A DNA stretch of 64,000 nt, taken from NCBI RefSeq assembly GCF_009914755.1, contig NC_060934.1. One strand, written 5' to 3'. Shown in pieces: positions 1 to 22,255 of this stretch. This DNA is from the human T2T-CHM13v2.0 reference genome, Homo sapiens. The stretch's first letter is position 1; every line of letters starts with the position of its first letter. The translations under genes and the position numbers were made by a program. The notes under the pieces are model-generated. The model did no database searches. It was not told the DNA's origin and worked only from the letters and a program-made list of their open reading frames with translations.

Positions 1-2022
<2,022 letters not shown>

Positions 2023-2814
2023 TTAAGTGTGTTCAGTGTACCAGGTGAGCAAAATGCCACAAGCCATACTGAATGGATAGAAAAGTTTGTTACATTTGCC
2101 CAACACCTTTCCTCCTCCATAATGCAGCATGGCACTTTTAGAAGTAAACTGCAATGTCTGGCATCTTCCTCAATATAGAAAAAAAAAAAAACTGGCTCAT
2201 GTATTTTTACTTCTGGCTTCTGGACACTTTTACAGAGACTTGTTTCTGTCTCCAATGACAAAATGTGCTGAAAGAAATTATGGTATACTTTGAAATAACA
2301 GCTTGAGTCTGCTGAGACCAAAGGTAAATGTTACAGCAACCAACTACAGTACCACAGACATGAAATATGTATAGGAAGTAATTACAGACTGTTTAAGAAA
2401 CACAGGCAAACCCCTTTAACTGAGTAATCAACACAAAATTCCACACATGACAAATCATAACATATTTGATAGGCTCCCAGAATCTCTAGTTGAGACACTT
2501 GGTTTCAGACTATGTTAGGACAACACCGCATTATAAAGATTGTGACACATAGCTGTTTGTTAATGTCCAAATCTCAACCAAAGAGTACAATACATACAAA
2601 ATATTACAGTGACATGGCCTAAGTAAAAAAAAAAACTTAAAACTGTCAGAAAACAACCATGAAAATAAAGATGTACACATTAGTTTTAAAAATTTAACCT
2701 AAATGGGAACACAGGTAACTAAATAAAATCAGAAAAAAACAGACTATCAAGGAAAAGATGAAAAATATAATAGAAATTATGGAAGTAGAAAATACAGATA
2801 GAAATAATGACTGA

Positions 2815-3099
2815 GGCCAGGTGTGGTGGCTCATGTCTGTAGTCCCAGCACTTTGGGAGTTTGAGGCAGGCAGATCACTTGAACCTAGGGAGTTCAAGTT
2901 TAAACAGGGAAACATGGCAATACTTCTCCTCTATAAAAATTAAAATTAGTCAGGTGTATTGGCACACACCTGTGGTACCAGTAAACAGGAGGCTGAGGTA
3001 GGAGGATCACGTAAGCCTAGGGAATCCAAGGCTGCAGTAAGCTGCAATCATGCCACTGTACTCAAACCTGGGTGACAGAGCAAGACACTGTCTCAAAAA
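2815..3099 (+). mobile_element. AluJ-type
   Basis: Dimeric Alu with gagcctaggg/aaggctgcag diagnostics. Confidence 0.85.
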
Positions 3100-4533
3100 G
3101 TTAAGAATACCTGAGAAATTCTCAAAAGTAAGAAAATAAGGTTGTAAAAATGAAGAAGCTCAACATACTAAAACTAGGAAACACACAGATCCATAACAAG
3201 ACATGCAAAGCAAAGTTCCCAAAATCACAGACAAAAAGAGAATCTCGAATGCTGGAAAATACATAATTATGGTTCTATGATATAACCAGTGACTCTTTCA
3301 ACAAAAACCTTGCAGGCTAGAAGGAAATTATGTGCTATAGTCAAAGCCAAGTGAAAAATAGCTTCTGTGTAAGAATAATATAACCAGAAAAACTGTGCTA
3401 CAAAATGAAGAAAAAGTAAAGACCTCTGAAGATAACCAAATGTGGAAAAATTATATCAACACTACATACGCCCTACAAAAAATGCTGAGAAGAGTCCTAC
3501 TACTAAAATTATATGATGCTAAAAAACAAAACTATCATATAAAAATAGATAGCTTTCTGGGAAAAATATAAAGATATGCAAATATTATACAAAAAAATCC
3601 TGTAGCATTATCATAATACCAAAAAATGTTTTATTTAATTATTCTCTAAAATTTAAAGATAAAAGCTAAAAATAATAATGAACATCTGGTATAAATATAT
3701 AACATAAATAGATATGTTTAGTGACATCAATAACTAAGTTGAGGACAGATGTAATAAGAAATAATTTGTGCATGAACCCGAATTTAAATTTCACCACTTC
3801 AAAATATATTGTTGAAATTTTAAGAGATTTTTATATAATCCTGAAGGCACCCACAAAGAAAATGTCTGTATAGATACAAAAAAGGAAGTAAGAAAGAAGT
3901 GACAGCCTATCCATACAAAAATCAAAAAGACACAAAGGAAGATAGAATGAGAAACAGACATGCAAGAATCATTAAACAATAAAATAACAATAATCTTTGT
4001 CTTCAGAAAATAAATATTTTAAAAACAGACTTTCCAATCAATACACATATATTGAATAGAGGGATTATATAAAATTTTATGTACCAAGATCCAACTTGCC
4101 TTTCTTCAAGAGTCACTTGAGATCTAGTAGTGAAATCGGCCTGAAAGTGGCAAGTGGAAGAAGACATTTCAGGCAAACATTAACCAAATGTGAGGAGAAG
4201 ACATCAAAATTGTATTATACAAAATACATCGTAAGTAAACAACTCTCTTATTTTATAAAATATACTTTATGTCAAAATTCACAAGAGAAAAAAGGTCATT
4301 AAACAATAATAAAGACATCATTTATTGAAAACGTATGACAAATATGTGCATACATATATTTATATGTTTGTGTGTGTATGTGTATTTCTCACATTAGGTT
4401 TCCAAAAATACAAATCAAAAATTGACAGAATTAAAGCAACAAATAGAGAGAAATATAATTATAATAAGATATTTTAATACTTCAATTTCTGCAATGAACA
4501 ATAAAACAAAACAATATTAATAATAGAAAAGAG

Positions 4534-5168
4534 GGCCAGGTACGGTGGCTCATGCCTGTAATCCCAGCACTTTGGGAGGCCGAGGCAGGCCATCATGGGG
4601 TCAGGAGATCAAGACCATCCTGGCTAACACAATGAAACCCAGTCTCTACTAAAAATACAAAAAATTAGCAGGGCGTGGTGGTAGGTGCCTGTAATCTCAG
4701 GTACTCAGGAGGCTGAGGCAGGAGAATGGCATGAACCCAGGAGGCGGAGCTTGCAGTGAGACGAGATCGCACCACTGCACTCCAGCCTGGGCGAGAGCGA
4801 GACTCTGTCCCCAAAAAAAAAAAAAAAAAAAAAAAAGGAAAAGAGAAACTGAAAGCAGTACAGATGGGGACAAGTGGCTCATGCTTGTAATTCTAACACT
4901 TTGGGAGGCCAGGGAGGACAGATCACCTGAGGTAAGGAGTTTAAGACCAGCCTGGCCAACATGGCGAAACCCCATCCCTACTAAAACCCCATCTCTACTA
5001 AAAATAGCCATGTACAGTAGCAGGCGCCTGTAATTCCAGCTACTCAGGAGGCTAAGGCAGGAGAATTGCTTGAACCAGGGAGGCGGGGTTTGCAATGAGT
5101 CGAGATTGCGGCACTGCAGTCCAGCCTCGGTGACAGACCAAGACTCTATCTCAAAAAGAAAAAAAATA
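4534..5168 (+). mobile_element. Two tandem Alus (AluY-like 4534-4845; AluS 4867-5168)
   Basis: Two dimeric Alus with A tails. Confidence 0.9.
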
Positions 5169-5805
5169 CCAAGAAAGCAGTATAAAACAATATTATGCCT
5201 AACAAAGAACACCCCTTAATAATAGCAGGGTACAACCATTCTCAATAGCTCACATACATTCTCTTTGAAAAACTGCCTGTTAGTCCATTATAAAAAAAAA
5301 ACTTACTAAATCTTTAAAAATTGAAATTGATAGATTACTTTTTATGACCAAAATGGAATGAGAGTAGAAATCAACAAAAACAAAACTAAAAAATTTATAA
5401 ATACATGAAAATTAAACAACACACTCTTCAGCATGCTCAAAGGGTAAAATAATTAATATTCAGCATGATCAAAGGGTAAAATAATTAATATTGTGAAGAT
5501 GCCCATACTGCTCAGTGTAATCTACAGATTTAATGCAATCCCTTTCAAATATCTAATTTTATTTTAGCAGAAATAGAAAAAGCAACCCCAAAATTACATG
5601 AAATTTTAAGAAACAATGAAACACCCAATAATCTTCAAAGAGAGGAACAACGTTGGAGGCATCACAACTCCCTGATTTCAAAACACATTATACAGACTTA
5701 AAACAATTTGGTTTGGTTATAAAAAGTGAACTAGACCAAATAAACAGAATGTAGTATAAACTCTCACACATATACTCATAGGAAGAGTTATTTGCACATC
5801 CATAA

Positions 5806-6098
<293 letters not shown>

Positions 6099-6242
6099 GC
6101 ACATCCATAATTTTTACAGCATTGTTATTGACAGGCAATAGGTGAAAGCAATGCAAATTTTTCTCCCCAGATTACTGGATAAATATAATTTGAAACATAA
6201 AAATAATGGAATATTACTCAGTGTTTAAAAACAGGAAATACA

Positions 6243-6535
6243 GGCCGGGCACACTGCCTCACACCTGTAATCCCAGCAGTTTGGGAGGCCAAGGTGGGTT
6301 AATCAACTGAATTTGGGAGTTTGAGACCAGCCTGAACAACATAGAAAAACCCTGCCTCTACTAAAATACAAAAATTAGCCAGGCATGGTGGTGCATGTCT
6401 GTAACCCCAGCCTCCTCTCAGGAGGCTGAGGAAGGAGAATGGCTTGGAATTTGGGAGGCGGAGATTGCGGTGAGCTGAGATCACTGCACTGCACTCCAGC
6501 CTGGGCAACAAGGGCGAAACTCCATCTAAAAAAAG
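6243..6535 (+). mobile_element. AluS
   Basis: Dimeric Alu; TSD aggaaata. Confidence 0.9.
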
Positions 6536-7248
6536 AAAGGAAATATTCTAACAACCATAATAAACTTTCATTAAATTATGCAAAATAGCATATGTCAGCC
6601 ACAAAAAAATGCTGTATGAATCCACTTACATGAGATATTTAAAGCAGTTAGACTCAAAAACAGGAAAATAGAATTGTTTGTAAAGGGCCAGAAAATGGGA
6701 GAAATGAGTAGTTGTTTAATGTGTATTCAGTTTTAGTTTTGCAAGACAAAAACATTCTAGAGATATGTTGTATAATAATGTCAATATAATTAATATAAAC
6801 TACATATTTTTAAATTAAGATTCTAAATTTTATGTTCTTGATAATTAAAAATAAACAGTAATAATACCTAAAAATGGGACAAAATTGACAGTTTTTAAAA
6901 TTACCTTCAAATCAAAAAAGTATTTCTCCCACACAAAAATAGATTCCCAAATAGATATTAGAAGTAGGAGAATTTTTATGACTACTCAGATAAAACGACC
7001 ATTGATCACTCACAAACATACAAGTCATAAGCAATATAGAAATAATATGCGTATACACAAACACAGAAATTATTATATTGGGAATAGACATATGACTGAT
7101 TCATATTTAACTTTGGCTCCACGCTGTCTTAAAGTGCACAGAGTTGAATATTGACATTCACAATTACCATACAAAGTAAAAACTAAAAACACAATTAACT
7201 GATGTGAGGTGGCATACTCTAAAATATGAAACAAAAAAAAATAAAATT

Positions 7249-7629
<381 letters not shown>

Positions 7630-8275
7630 TTAAGTAGATTACTACATTTGGAAAAGAAATCTTAGAAGACAAATGTAGGGAAAAAGTATTAGAGGGGTTA
7701 TATGAAGATAAAAGAGGATGAAAACTTTCCAAATTTTTATGTGATAAAAGAAAAACTAATACCAATCAATACTGTTTGCTTTGAAATTATTTGGAATTAC
7801 TCTGGAATTAAAAATAAGGAAACAATAAAGAACTTACAAAATAAACAAAAGGTGAAGGTATTTATCACCACTAGCATGGTCCCACAAGAAATGCTACATG
7901 GTAGCCAGGCACCAGTGGCTCATGTCTGTAATCCCAGAGTCTTGGGAGGCCAAGGCAGGCAGATTAGTTGAGGCTAAGAGTTCAAGATGAGCCTGAGGAA
8001 CATAGTGAGATGCTGTTTATTTTTTTTAATGCCAAAAAGAGTCCATATGTTGAAAAATATAATGATGCTGAACAGCCTTAAAAAACTACATGAAACTATA
8101 AAGCTTTCTGTTAAATGTAAATATATAAACACATATACAATTGTTTACCACCATAATCATGAAGCAAAATCTCTTAAAATTCTGCTATAAAATTTGAACA
8201 AAAAATCTGCATAAATCTGTTAATAGATACACAATATAAAATAATATTTGTAATAATAAAAAACTACAGGATGTA

Positions 8276-8585
8276 AGCCCGGGCGCAATGGCTCATGACT
8301 GTAATCCCAGCACTTTGAGAGGCCGAGATGGGTGGATCACAAAGTCAGGAGTTCAAGACCAGCTTGGCTAAGATGGTGAAACCCCGTCTCTACTAAAAAT
8401 ATAAAAACTTAGCCAGTCATGGTGGTGGGTGCCTGTAATCTCAGCTACTCGGGAGGCTGAGGAGCATTGCTTGAACCTGGGAGGTGGAGGTTGCAGTGAG
8501 CCAAGATCACACCACTGCACTCCAGCCTGGGTGACAGAGCAAGACTCCATCTCAAAAACAAAACAAAACAAACAAAAAAAAAACC
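8276..8585 (+). mobile_element. AluS
   Basis: TSD actacaggatgtaa. Confidence 0.9.
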
Positions 8586-9497
8586 ACTACAGGATGTAAA
8601 GAGGTATAGTTTTTGTATTCAACTGAAGTTATGACATATTAATATTGTTATAACTTTAAAATGTTTTACATAATCTCCAATTACCAAGATAATTACAAGT
8701 TTATAGAAAGTATGCAATACAAAATGAGAAAGGAAACAAAGCATAACACTACAAAATCAAAAAAACAAAAATTAAGACAGTAAAATAGGAAATGATGGAA
8801 AACATCTCTACAAGAAACACAGAAAATAACAACAATCAAAATGGTAATAGTAACTTCATTTCTCTAAGGAATCATTTTAAATATAAATTGATTAAACTAA
8901 TAATAAGAAATTAAATGGCTGAATGGAATAAGAACAAACAAAATCATACAATATGCAACAAATTACACAATATTCTTGTTTGAACTTGGTGTACTCTGTT
9001 AGGACACATAATAAGCCTTATTAAGTTTAAGAAGACTAATCAGGTGTGGTGGCTCATGCCTGCAGCCCCAGCACTTTGGGAGGCCAGGACTGGAAGATTG
9101 CTTGAGACCAGGATTTCAGGAGAGTCACTTTAACTTTGAGTCAAACAGGTTGAAAGAAACAGAATGAAAAAACATATTCCATGCAAACAGTATCCACAGT
9201 TAAGTGAGGTGGTCATAATTATATTAGACAAAATACACTGTAAATCAAAAACTAGCATGAGGTAATAAAGATTGTTACTATATAATGATAACATTGGTCA
9301 TTTACCAGGAATCTATAACTATTATATCTATTTAAAAGATCAGGGTTCCAAAATATATAAAGCTAATATTGACAGAAGTGAAGCAAAAAATACATAGCAA
9401 CATAATAATTACAGACATTAAGACCCCACTTTAATAATGAGTGAAAGTTTAGATAAAACATCAATAAGAGAACAAAACCTGGATGACATTATAAATT

Positions 9498-9909
9498 GTA
9501 TTAATTCATTTTGTATTGCAATAAATACCTAAGACTGTGTAATTTATAAAGAAAAAAGATTTATTTTCTTCATAGTTATGCACAATGTACAATAAGTATG
9601 GTGTCAGCATCTGCATCTGGTGAGGGTCTAAGTAAGCTTACAATCATGGTAAAGGCAAAGAGAAACCAGACATATTGCATGGGGAGAGAGGGAGCAAGCA
9701 TGAAAAGAAAGTGCCAGGTTCTTTAAACACGCAGCTCTCACATGAATTAATAGAGTGAGAACTCATTGATCACCAAGGGGATGGTGTGAAGTCATTTACA
9801 AGAGATTTGCCCCCATGACCCAAACACATCACGCAAAGATCCATATGCTACATTGGGAATCCCATTTCAACACGAGATTTGAAGGGTACAAACATCCAAA
9901 TCATATCAT
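9498..9909 (-). mobile_element. MSTB/MSTA-type MaLR LTR
   Basis: tgtatta...aagcttacaatcatgg...cccatgacccaaacac...gagatttg...acaaacatccaaatcatatca. Confidence 0.8.
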
Positions 9910-10052
9910 AGACCAACTACACATTAAAAATATGTACAGGACCCTCCAGTAAAAAGGAACAGATTACACAATATTCTTTACACAATATTCTTGTTTGAAC
10001 TTGGTGCATTCTGTTAGGACACATAACAAATCTTATTAAGTTTAAGAAGACT

Positions 10053-10365
10053 GGCCAGGTGTGGTGGCTCATGCCTGTAGCCCCCAGCACTTTGGGAGGC
10101 CAAGGCGGGAAGACCGCTTGAGACCAGGATTTCAAAACCAGCCTGGGCAATATAGTGAGAACCCACATTTCTACAAAAAATCAAAAAACTAGCCAGGCGT
10201 GACAGTACACGTATGTAGTCTCAACTACTTGGGATGCTGAGGTGGGAGGATTATTTGAGCCTTGGAGGTTGAGGCTGCAGTGAGCCAAGATTGTACCACT
10301 GCGCTCCAGCCTGAGTGGCACAGTGAGAATCTGTCTCTCAACAACAATACGAATAAATAAATAAA
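10053..10365 (+). mobile_element. AluJ-type
   Basis: Dimeric Alu with gaggctgcag. Confidence 0.85.
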
Positions 10366-12254
10366 TTTAAGATGACCAAAATTATACAGTTATGTTTTCT
10401 GACTAAAATAAAATGAAACTAGACATCAAAATCAAGAGATAAACTGGCAAATTCAAAAATATATGGAAATAAAACACACTCTGTAATATATTCTTGCTCA
10501 AGGTCCAGATAATTTAATCAAATGTGAAAACAACTCACGGTGGTGAAGAAATTCCAATGGTACATTGTTGACCAGAAATATTGTTTAAAAATTTTTAAAT
10601 TGATTATGAGCTAAAACTAGCCAAACACCCATGAGAAAGAACAAAGAGGCATTATATTTCCTGATTTCAAAATATATTAAAAAGCTACAATAAACAAAAG
10701 CAATGTGGTACTAACAGAGACAAACAGATGATGGAACAAAATAGCTCAGAAATGAACCCTTCTTTATATAATCAAATAATCTTCCACAAAGTTGCCATGA
10801 CTACACAATAGAGAAAAGAAAATCTCTTCAACAAATGATGTTGAAAACTGAGTATCTACACTCAAAAAAATAAAGTTGGATTATTTTCTTGCACATTTTA
10901 AATAAAATAATGAAACTAAAAAACATATAACTAATACAACTCTTAGAAGAAAAAAATAGGGAAAATACAGAACACTGGTTTTGGCACCTTTTTGTAGATA
11001 TGACATCATACTTATGAAAAACATAAAAACCCCCATAATTTAACTACACTAAACTTCAAATTTTCTGCATACCAAAGAAAATATTTAGCAGAATGACAAT
11101 GCCACCGAAGAAATGGGTGAAAATATTCGCAAATTACATGTGATGAGTTAATATTCAGAATTATAAACAACTAAAACTAAACAACAAACATTGAATAAAT
11201 TGATTTAGAAATGGACAAAGAATTGAATGGATGTTTAATCAAAAATATATATATAAGTAGAAAAAAGCACTTAAAATAATGCAAAAAAAGTACCAATTGT
11301 AGAGAAATACAAAACAAAATTTCAATCCAAAACAAAACCACCTCATACCCATTAGAATGGCCATGATAAATTTTTAAAATGCCAAATCTGTTGAGGATGT
11401 AAAGAAATTAAAACTCATGTGAATTGTTGGTGGGGAAAAAAGGATGCAATCATCATATTATGAATGTTTCTTAAAAATTAAATTACATAATTCAGGAATT
11501 CCACTTATAAACCTATATTGAAACATAAATCATATTATTTGACTGGAATATAAAATATATTTTTATATATTAATATATTTATAAATGGAATCCAAGAATT
11601 CCACTTATAAATCTATATTCAAACATAAATATAAACGTATATTCCAAATATAAATCTATATTCAAAGAACCTGGAAGATATATTTGAATATATATTTGAA
11701 ATATTGGTATAATATATTATACCAATATTTATATATTTAATATATATAACATTTACATATTAAATATATAAATACTGGTAAAATATATTTATTATACCAA
11801 TATATTATATATAAATATATACATATATATTTATAGATGTACTATATATATATAAAGATATTATACCAATATTTACAAAAGCCAAAAGGCAGAAGTAACC
11901 CAGATATCCCATGACTGATAAACAAATTAAAAATGTAACATATACACATACAGTGGAATATTATTCAGCCTTAAAATAGTAAATCTTGTCACATTCTTAC
12001 ATAAACGTTGATAATATTATGTCAACTGAAATAAGATAGTAACAAACTGACAGATACTATATGATTCCATGATGTGAGTCATCGTAAGTGGTCAAATAAA
12101 AACAGAAAGGAGAATGGTGTTACTCAAGGTCTAAAGAGAGGGTAAAATGGGCAGTTGTTACTTAATGGGTATTAAGTTTTAATTTTAGAAGACGTAAAAA
12201 TTCTAGAGGTCTTTATATAACAATGTAAATACTTTTAATGACTAAAATGTACAC

Positions 12255-12535
12255 CTTTTTTAAGGCAGGTTCTACTCTGTCCCGCAGGCTGGAATGAAGT
12301 CACATAATCATAGCTCACTGCAGCCTCAACCTCCCATGCACAAGTGATTCTCCTGCCACGGCCTCACAAGGAGCTAGGACCACAGGTGGACAAACCTGGC
12401 TAATTTTAAAATTTTTGTAGGGATGGGCTCTCTATATGCTGACCAGGCTGGTCTCAAGTTCCTGGGCTTAAGCAATACTTCTGCCTCACTTTCCCAAAAT
12501 GCTGGCATTATAGGCATCAGCCTCCACCACACTCA
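12255..12535 (-). mobile_element. AluJ-type
   Basis: atcatagctcactgcagcctcaacctccc. Confidence 0.8.
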
Positions 12536-12806
12536 GTACTGAAATATAGACTTAAAAAGCTTTAAGATGGTAAATTTTATGTTATGTGTTTTCACAATTT
12601 TTTTTGAAAACAAATAAAAGTGATATACGTCTTTCTATGAATCACAAAATATATAAATATATAAATATAAATCACCTCCAAATCACAAAAGTGTTTCTCT
12701 CACACAAAGGAAATATATATATCATTAAACACCTGGTGAATATACCACTATTTCTATGACTACTCACCTTCACATAATAAGACAACTATTGAAAATCAGC
12801 CAAGAA

Positions 12807-15705
<2,899 letters not shown>

Positions 15706-16523
15706 ATCCACAATACACACCTACATATATATACACACATATAAATTACAGTTCTGGTAAACTTTATCCTAAACAAGATAAAATTACAAAATAGTAATTA
15801 AAAAAACAAGGAAAGAAGTGGGAGCTTAACATATGCTCAGTAATGTTCTAAGTTCCCTGACATAGTGAATTGAAGAAATGTAGGAAATATATACATTATA
15901 TTACAGTTGAGAAATTAAGACAGAGTTGAAATTACCAACCTCAGTTAGTACTAAAACAATAAAAATTTCAATTCAAATAACATTAGATATTCTTAAAGAT
16001 ACTTAATATTCTGATTAAATTACCGAGTATGAATTTCTGTAGAAACACATTTGAAACCTCCATAAAATAAGAAACTATAAAGCAGAAAACATACAACATA
16101 TGTTTGTTGTATTTCTGGGATTTCTGAACCAAATCTCAATATCACTACTTTTACATATTTCAGACACAATGCAGAAAGAGAACTTAAAAATGGTTAAACA
16201 CAGAGTTTCTAAAAAATATGCAGCTATATGTATATCCCCAAAAGCAATAAAAGTAGTCAGATTGTGCACTCCTTTATAAGCCATAAAGAGAACTTTGGCT
16301 CTCACTGCAAATCTGAAGAAAAATTATTGAAGAAAAAGTAGAGTCGTTAGAGAGCATGGGACAGAAGATGCCCCTATGTGAGAACAAGTGAAAAAACCCA
16401 GGCTTCTCAGAAACGATTTCCACTGAAGCACAGCTTCCCAAATCACATGTAAAAGTCTGGGTTCCTCCTTGGCCTTTGGATCTCTCATCTATGTCATCCT
16501 CTTCTTCATTCGCTTTCACCTAC

Positions 16524-16598
16524 CTGGATGCTTCATACTCCATGGCTTTTTCCTTTGCTCCAGACAGGTGACCAGGTCTGGCTTAGAGAAGACAATAC
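16524..16598 (-). pseudogene. KRAB-B exon (75 nt; 21 nt shorter than the usual 96 nt; acceptor AG>AC)
   Basis: Translates GIVFSKPDLVTCLEQRKKPWSMKHP; donor CAG|gtaggt intact; acceptor reads aaaacac|GTATT. Confidence 0.9.
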
Positions 16599-16999
16599 GT
16601 GTTTTATTTTAAAAAGCAGCAAGAGCATGACTTTTCCTGGGATTCGCCATTTACCAACCTAATACTGTGCTAAGTAGAGAAAAGAGGACATAATAGAAGA
16701 TTCTAGAAAATTAATTCCAAAATAATTTTTACTGACAGAACCTTTAGCATATTCAGAAAGTACATTAAATATGTGGGTCCTCAGTTTCACTCCCCAGTAT
16801 TACTGAATCAAAAATTGGTGGTGGCAATTGAATTTTAAGGTCTGGACAACATTATTTTATGCCACTAAATTTCTGAAATTACCACTTATCTAGAGTGAAT
16901 AATATAGATAAGCTCAGGAAAGGGGAAAATTCAGGTCAAAATGAAACATCTTGAAGAATTTATTTTCCACACCAAAAAATCCTCAAGATTGTCTTGAAA

Positions 17000-18786
<1,787 letters not shown>

Positions 18787-18823
18787 AAGATTGTCTTGAA
18801 AACAGGGATCTGAAATTCACTCA

Positions 18824-19138
<315 letters not shown>

Positions 19139-20182
19139 CTACTGAAATTGTCCTATAAAATAATTCCCAACGAAGAAATATTCTGTGTTGTATTCTCTAT
19201 CTCTGAGAAAAGAGAGCATAAGATTCACAACACCAGTGTAGTGTATTGATGATATTTTTTGAATGATAAAAGTACAAAATTAACAACAGGAACATAGACA
19301 TGTACATTTTTGAGTGCTCAATTTAATCATACAGTATAAGTTGTATATTTCTCAGATTAAAAAGTCAGGCTTAGTTATAAAGTACCTCTCAAATTTTAAT
19401 GTGTACAACAATAAACTGGAGATCTTTTTATGCAGATTTTGTTTCAAGAAACCTGAGGTAAAACTTGAGTTTCTGAATTTCTAACAAGCTCACAAGTAAC
19501 ACCAATCTTTCTGGCCCAAGATAAATCTTTTGTCAAACATTCATTAAGTGGCAGAGCCTGGGTTTTTATGACCAGTAAACAAAGATGAGAGACTTCACTT
19601 TTTAAAGAAAGATATATGCAAAGAGAATCTAAGAAGAAAAGAGAGTTTCCAGATTACATGTGATGCTTTATGCACATCAGCTGGTAAATGTCCCCAAGGT
19701 ACTCAATAATAAAGAGAAAAATATCTCTACAGTGGAAAAAAATTCTCAGAGAACTATTTAACTAAGCGAATCAAATTAACACCATTGTAACAGAACAAAT
19801 TTTCATCATGCGCTGATGCTCACAGAAGGACACAATATCACTGCTGTGATACTGGCCCCCGCCAAAGAAGCAAATTATAATTCAAATTTAATCATAAAGA
19901 AACAAGTTTTATGCAAAATGCAAGCTACAGTAATCGCTCATGTTGTGTAATCTCTAATAGAGTATTTAGGCAGACTTTCCTTAGCATTCTAGAAAGCGAG
20001 TATCTCCTCATTATTTTTTTCAAAACTTTCTGAATTATTCTGGGTAATAAATGCCATCCTGTTCAAATGTGCATATTTTAATCCTGTTCCGCATGGAGTT
20101 GATGGAGCACACAGACAGAACTTCAACATTACATATTCCCCTTTTTCATGAATATCTAAGAACCCCACCTCTTCCCCAGTAG

Positions 20183-20587
<405 letters not shown>

Positions 20588-21967
20588 TAATGATGAGAAT
20601 TCTTCATGGCGGAGAAGAAGCCAAGATGAAGAGAATGTCGAGAAGGCTCTAGTATATAGAAAAAAAATATTTTTTCAGAGTTCCTTGACTATCATGAGAA
20701 GAAAAAATGTTTAAATAAACATATAGGGAGAAACAGCATAAAGTCAAGAAGTACAGGTTTGTAAGTTCTAAACATACGGCATTCCAGGAGGCAAAGTGAA
20801 CACAGCGCCTGATCTGAGACACAGTCACCTGAGAAAGAGCCATTTTTCTCTTCATCATCCTCCTCTAGGATTTCTTCTCAGGTGATATTCTCTGGACAAG
20901 TCACACCTGCATCTTGGGAATATGCCTTTAAAGGAATCAGCACAATCCCTTCACCTGCTACCACCACAAACACAGGCAGAAAGATCCAGGCATGCAGAAA
21001 ATGTCCACCCATTTATGTTGTTTATAACAGGTGAGATTCAAGGACAGTGAACTCCTCCACGAAGATCAAAATTTATCTTTCTCTTTTCCTGCCCTCAGGT
21101 GCCCTCCCCTGCCACAGACACTGCAATTTCTGCTACAGCAATGGGAATATGGGCCACACTAACTTGTCCCTACCAAATCCAACCATAGCAGGCCCTGTGA
21201 CCTCCCTTTGGAATAAAGTTTGAACTCAACTCTCATGAATGTATTTTGAATTCCTCATATTTGGCCCTGGCCTCAACCTGGAGTCACGTGAGGCACTTAA
21301 TTATATCAACAAGGATGCTTCCACCCAGAACAATATACAGAGCCTGCGGTAAGGGCACAAGTGAAAATATTTCTGCAACCTGGCCATGGAATCTTAATTA
21401 GAAGCCTGGGCCAAGAACCACTTAGCTAAGTATTGCCTCTCAAGCTTCAATGTGCATATAAATCATTTGGTAACCCTGGCCCCACACTATGTAATGTGAT
21501 TCTGCAGGTTTTAAGAGGGTCCATGAAAGTGCATTTTAAACACATCTCCTGTCAATGCCGATGTAGCTTCCCCAGACCCATCATTAGTAGCATTTAGCTA
21601 GAAAAAGCAGGCATGGAACAGACTCTTACACTCATCACTTATCACAACACAAATACTTCTCATCAAATAAACAATCAATCTCTATCCTGAAAGACCACAT
21701 TCTTTGCTAGCTCTTTAAAGTTTACAGAGACAGGAGAAGGCAGCAATGTCTGCGTGTCTGCATTGAAAAACAACATGCACACATATACTTATGCAATGCT
21801 TATTAAACAGGTACTATGTGCTCAGGAGTCTGTTACAGAGCACTCTGCTGGGAACATCACATTATGTGATTTAATCTTCGTAACAACTTGAGAGTTGGGT
21901 ACTAAGTGTTCAATAATTCTCAGAATTTAGATGAAGGGGCCAGCATTGTTTTCTTCTCCTGTTTATC

Positions 21968-22255
<288 letters not shown>

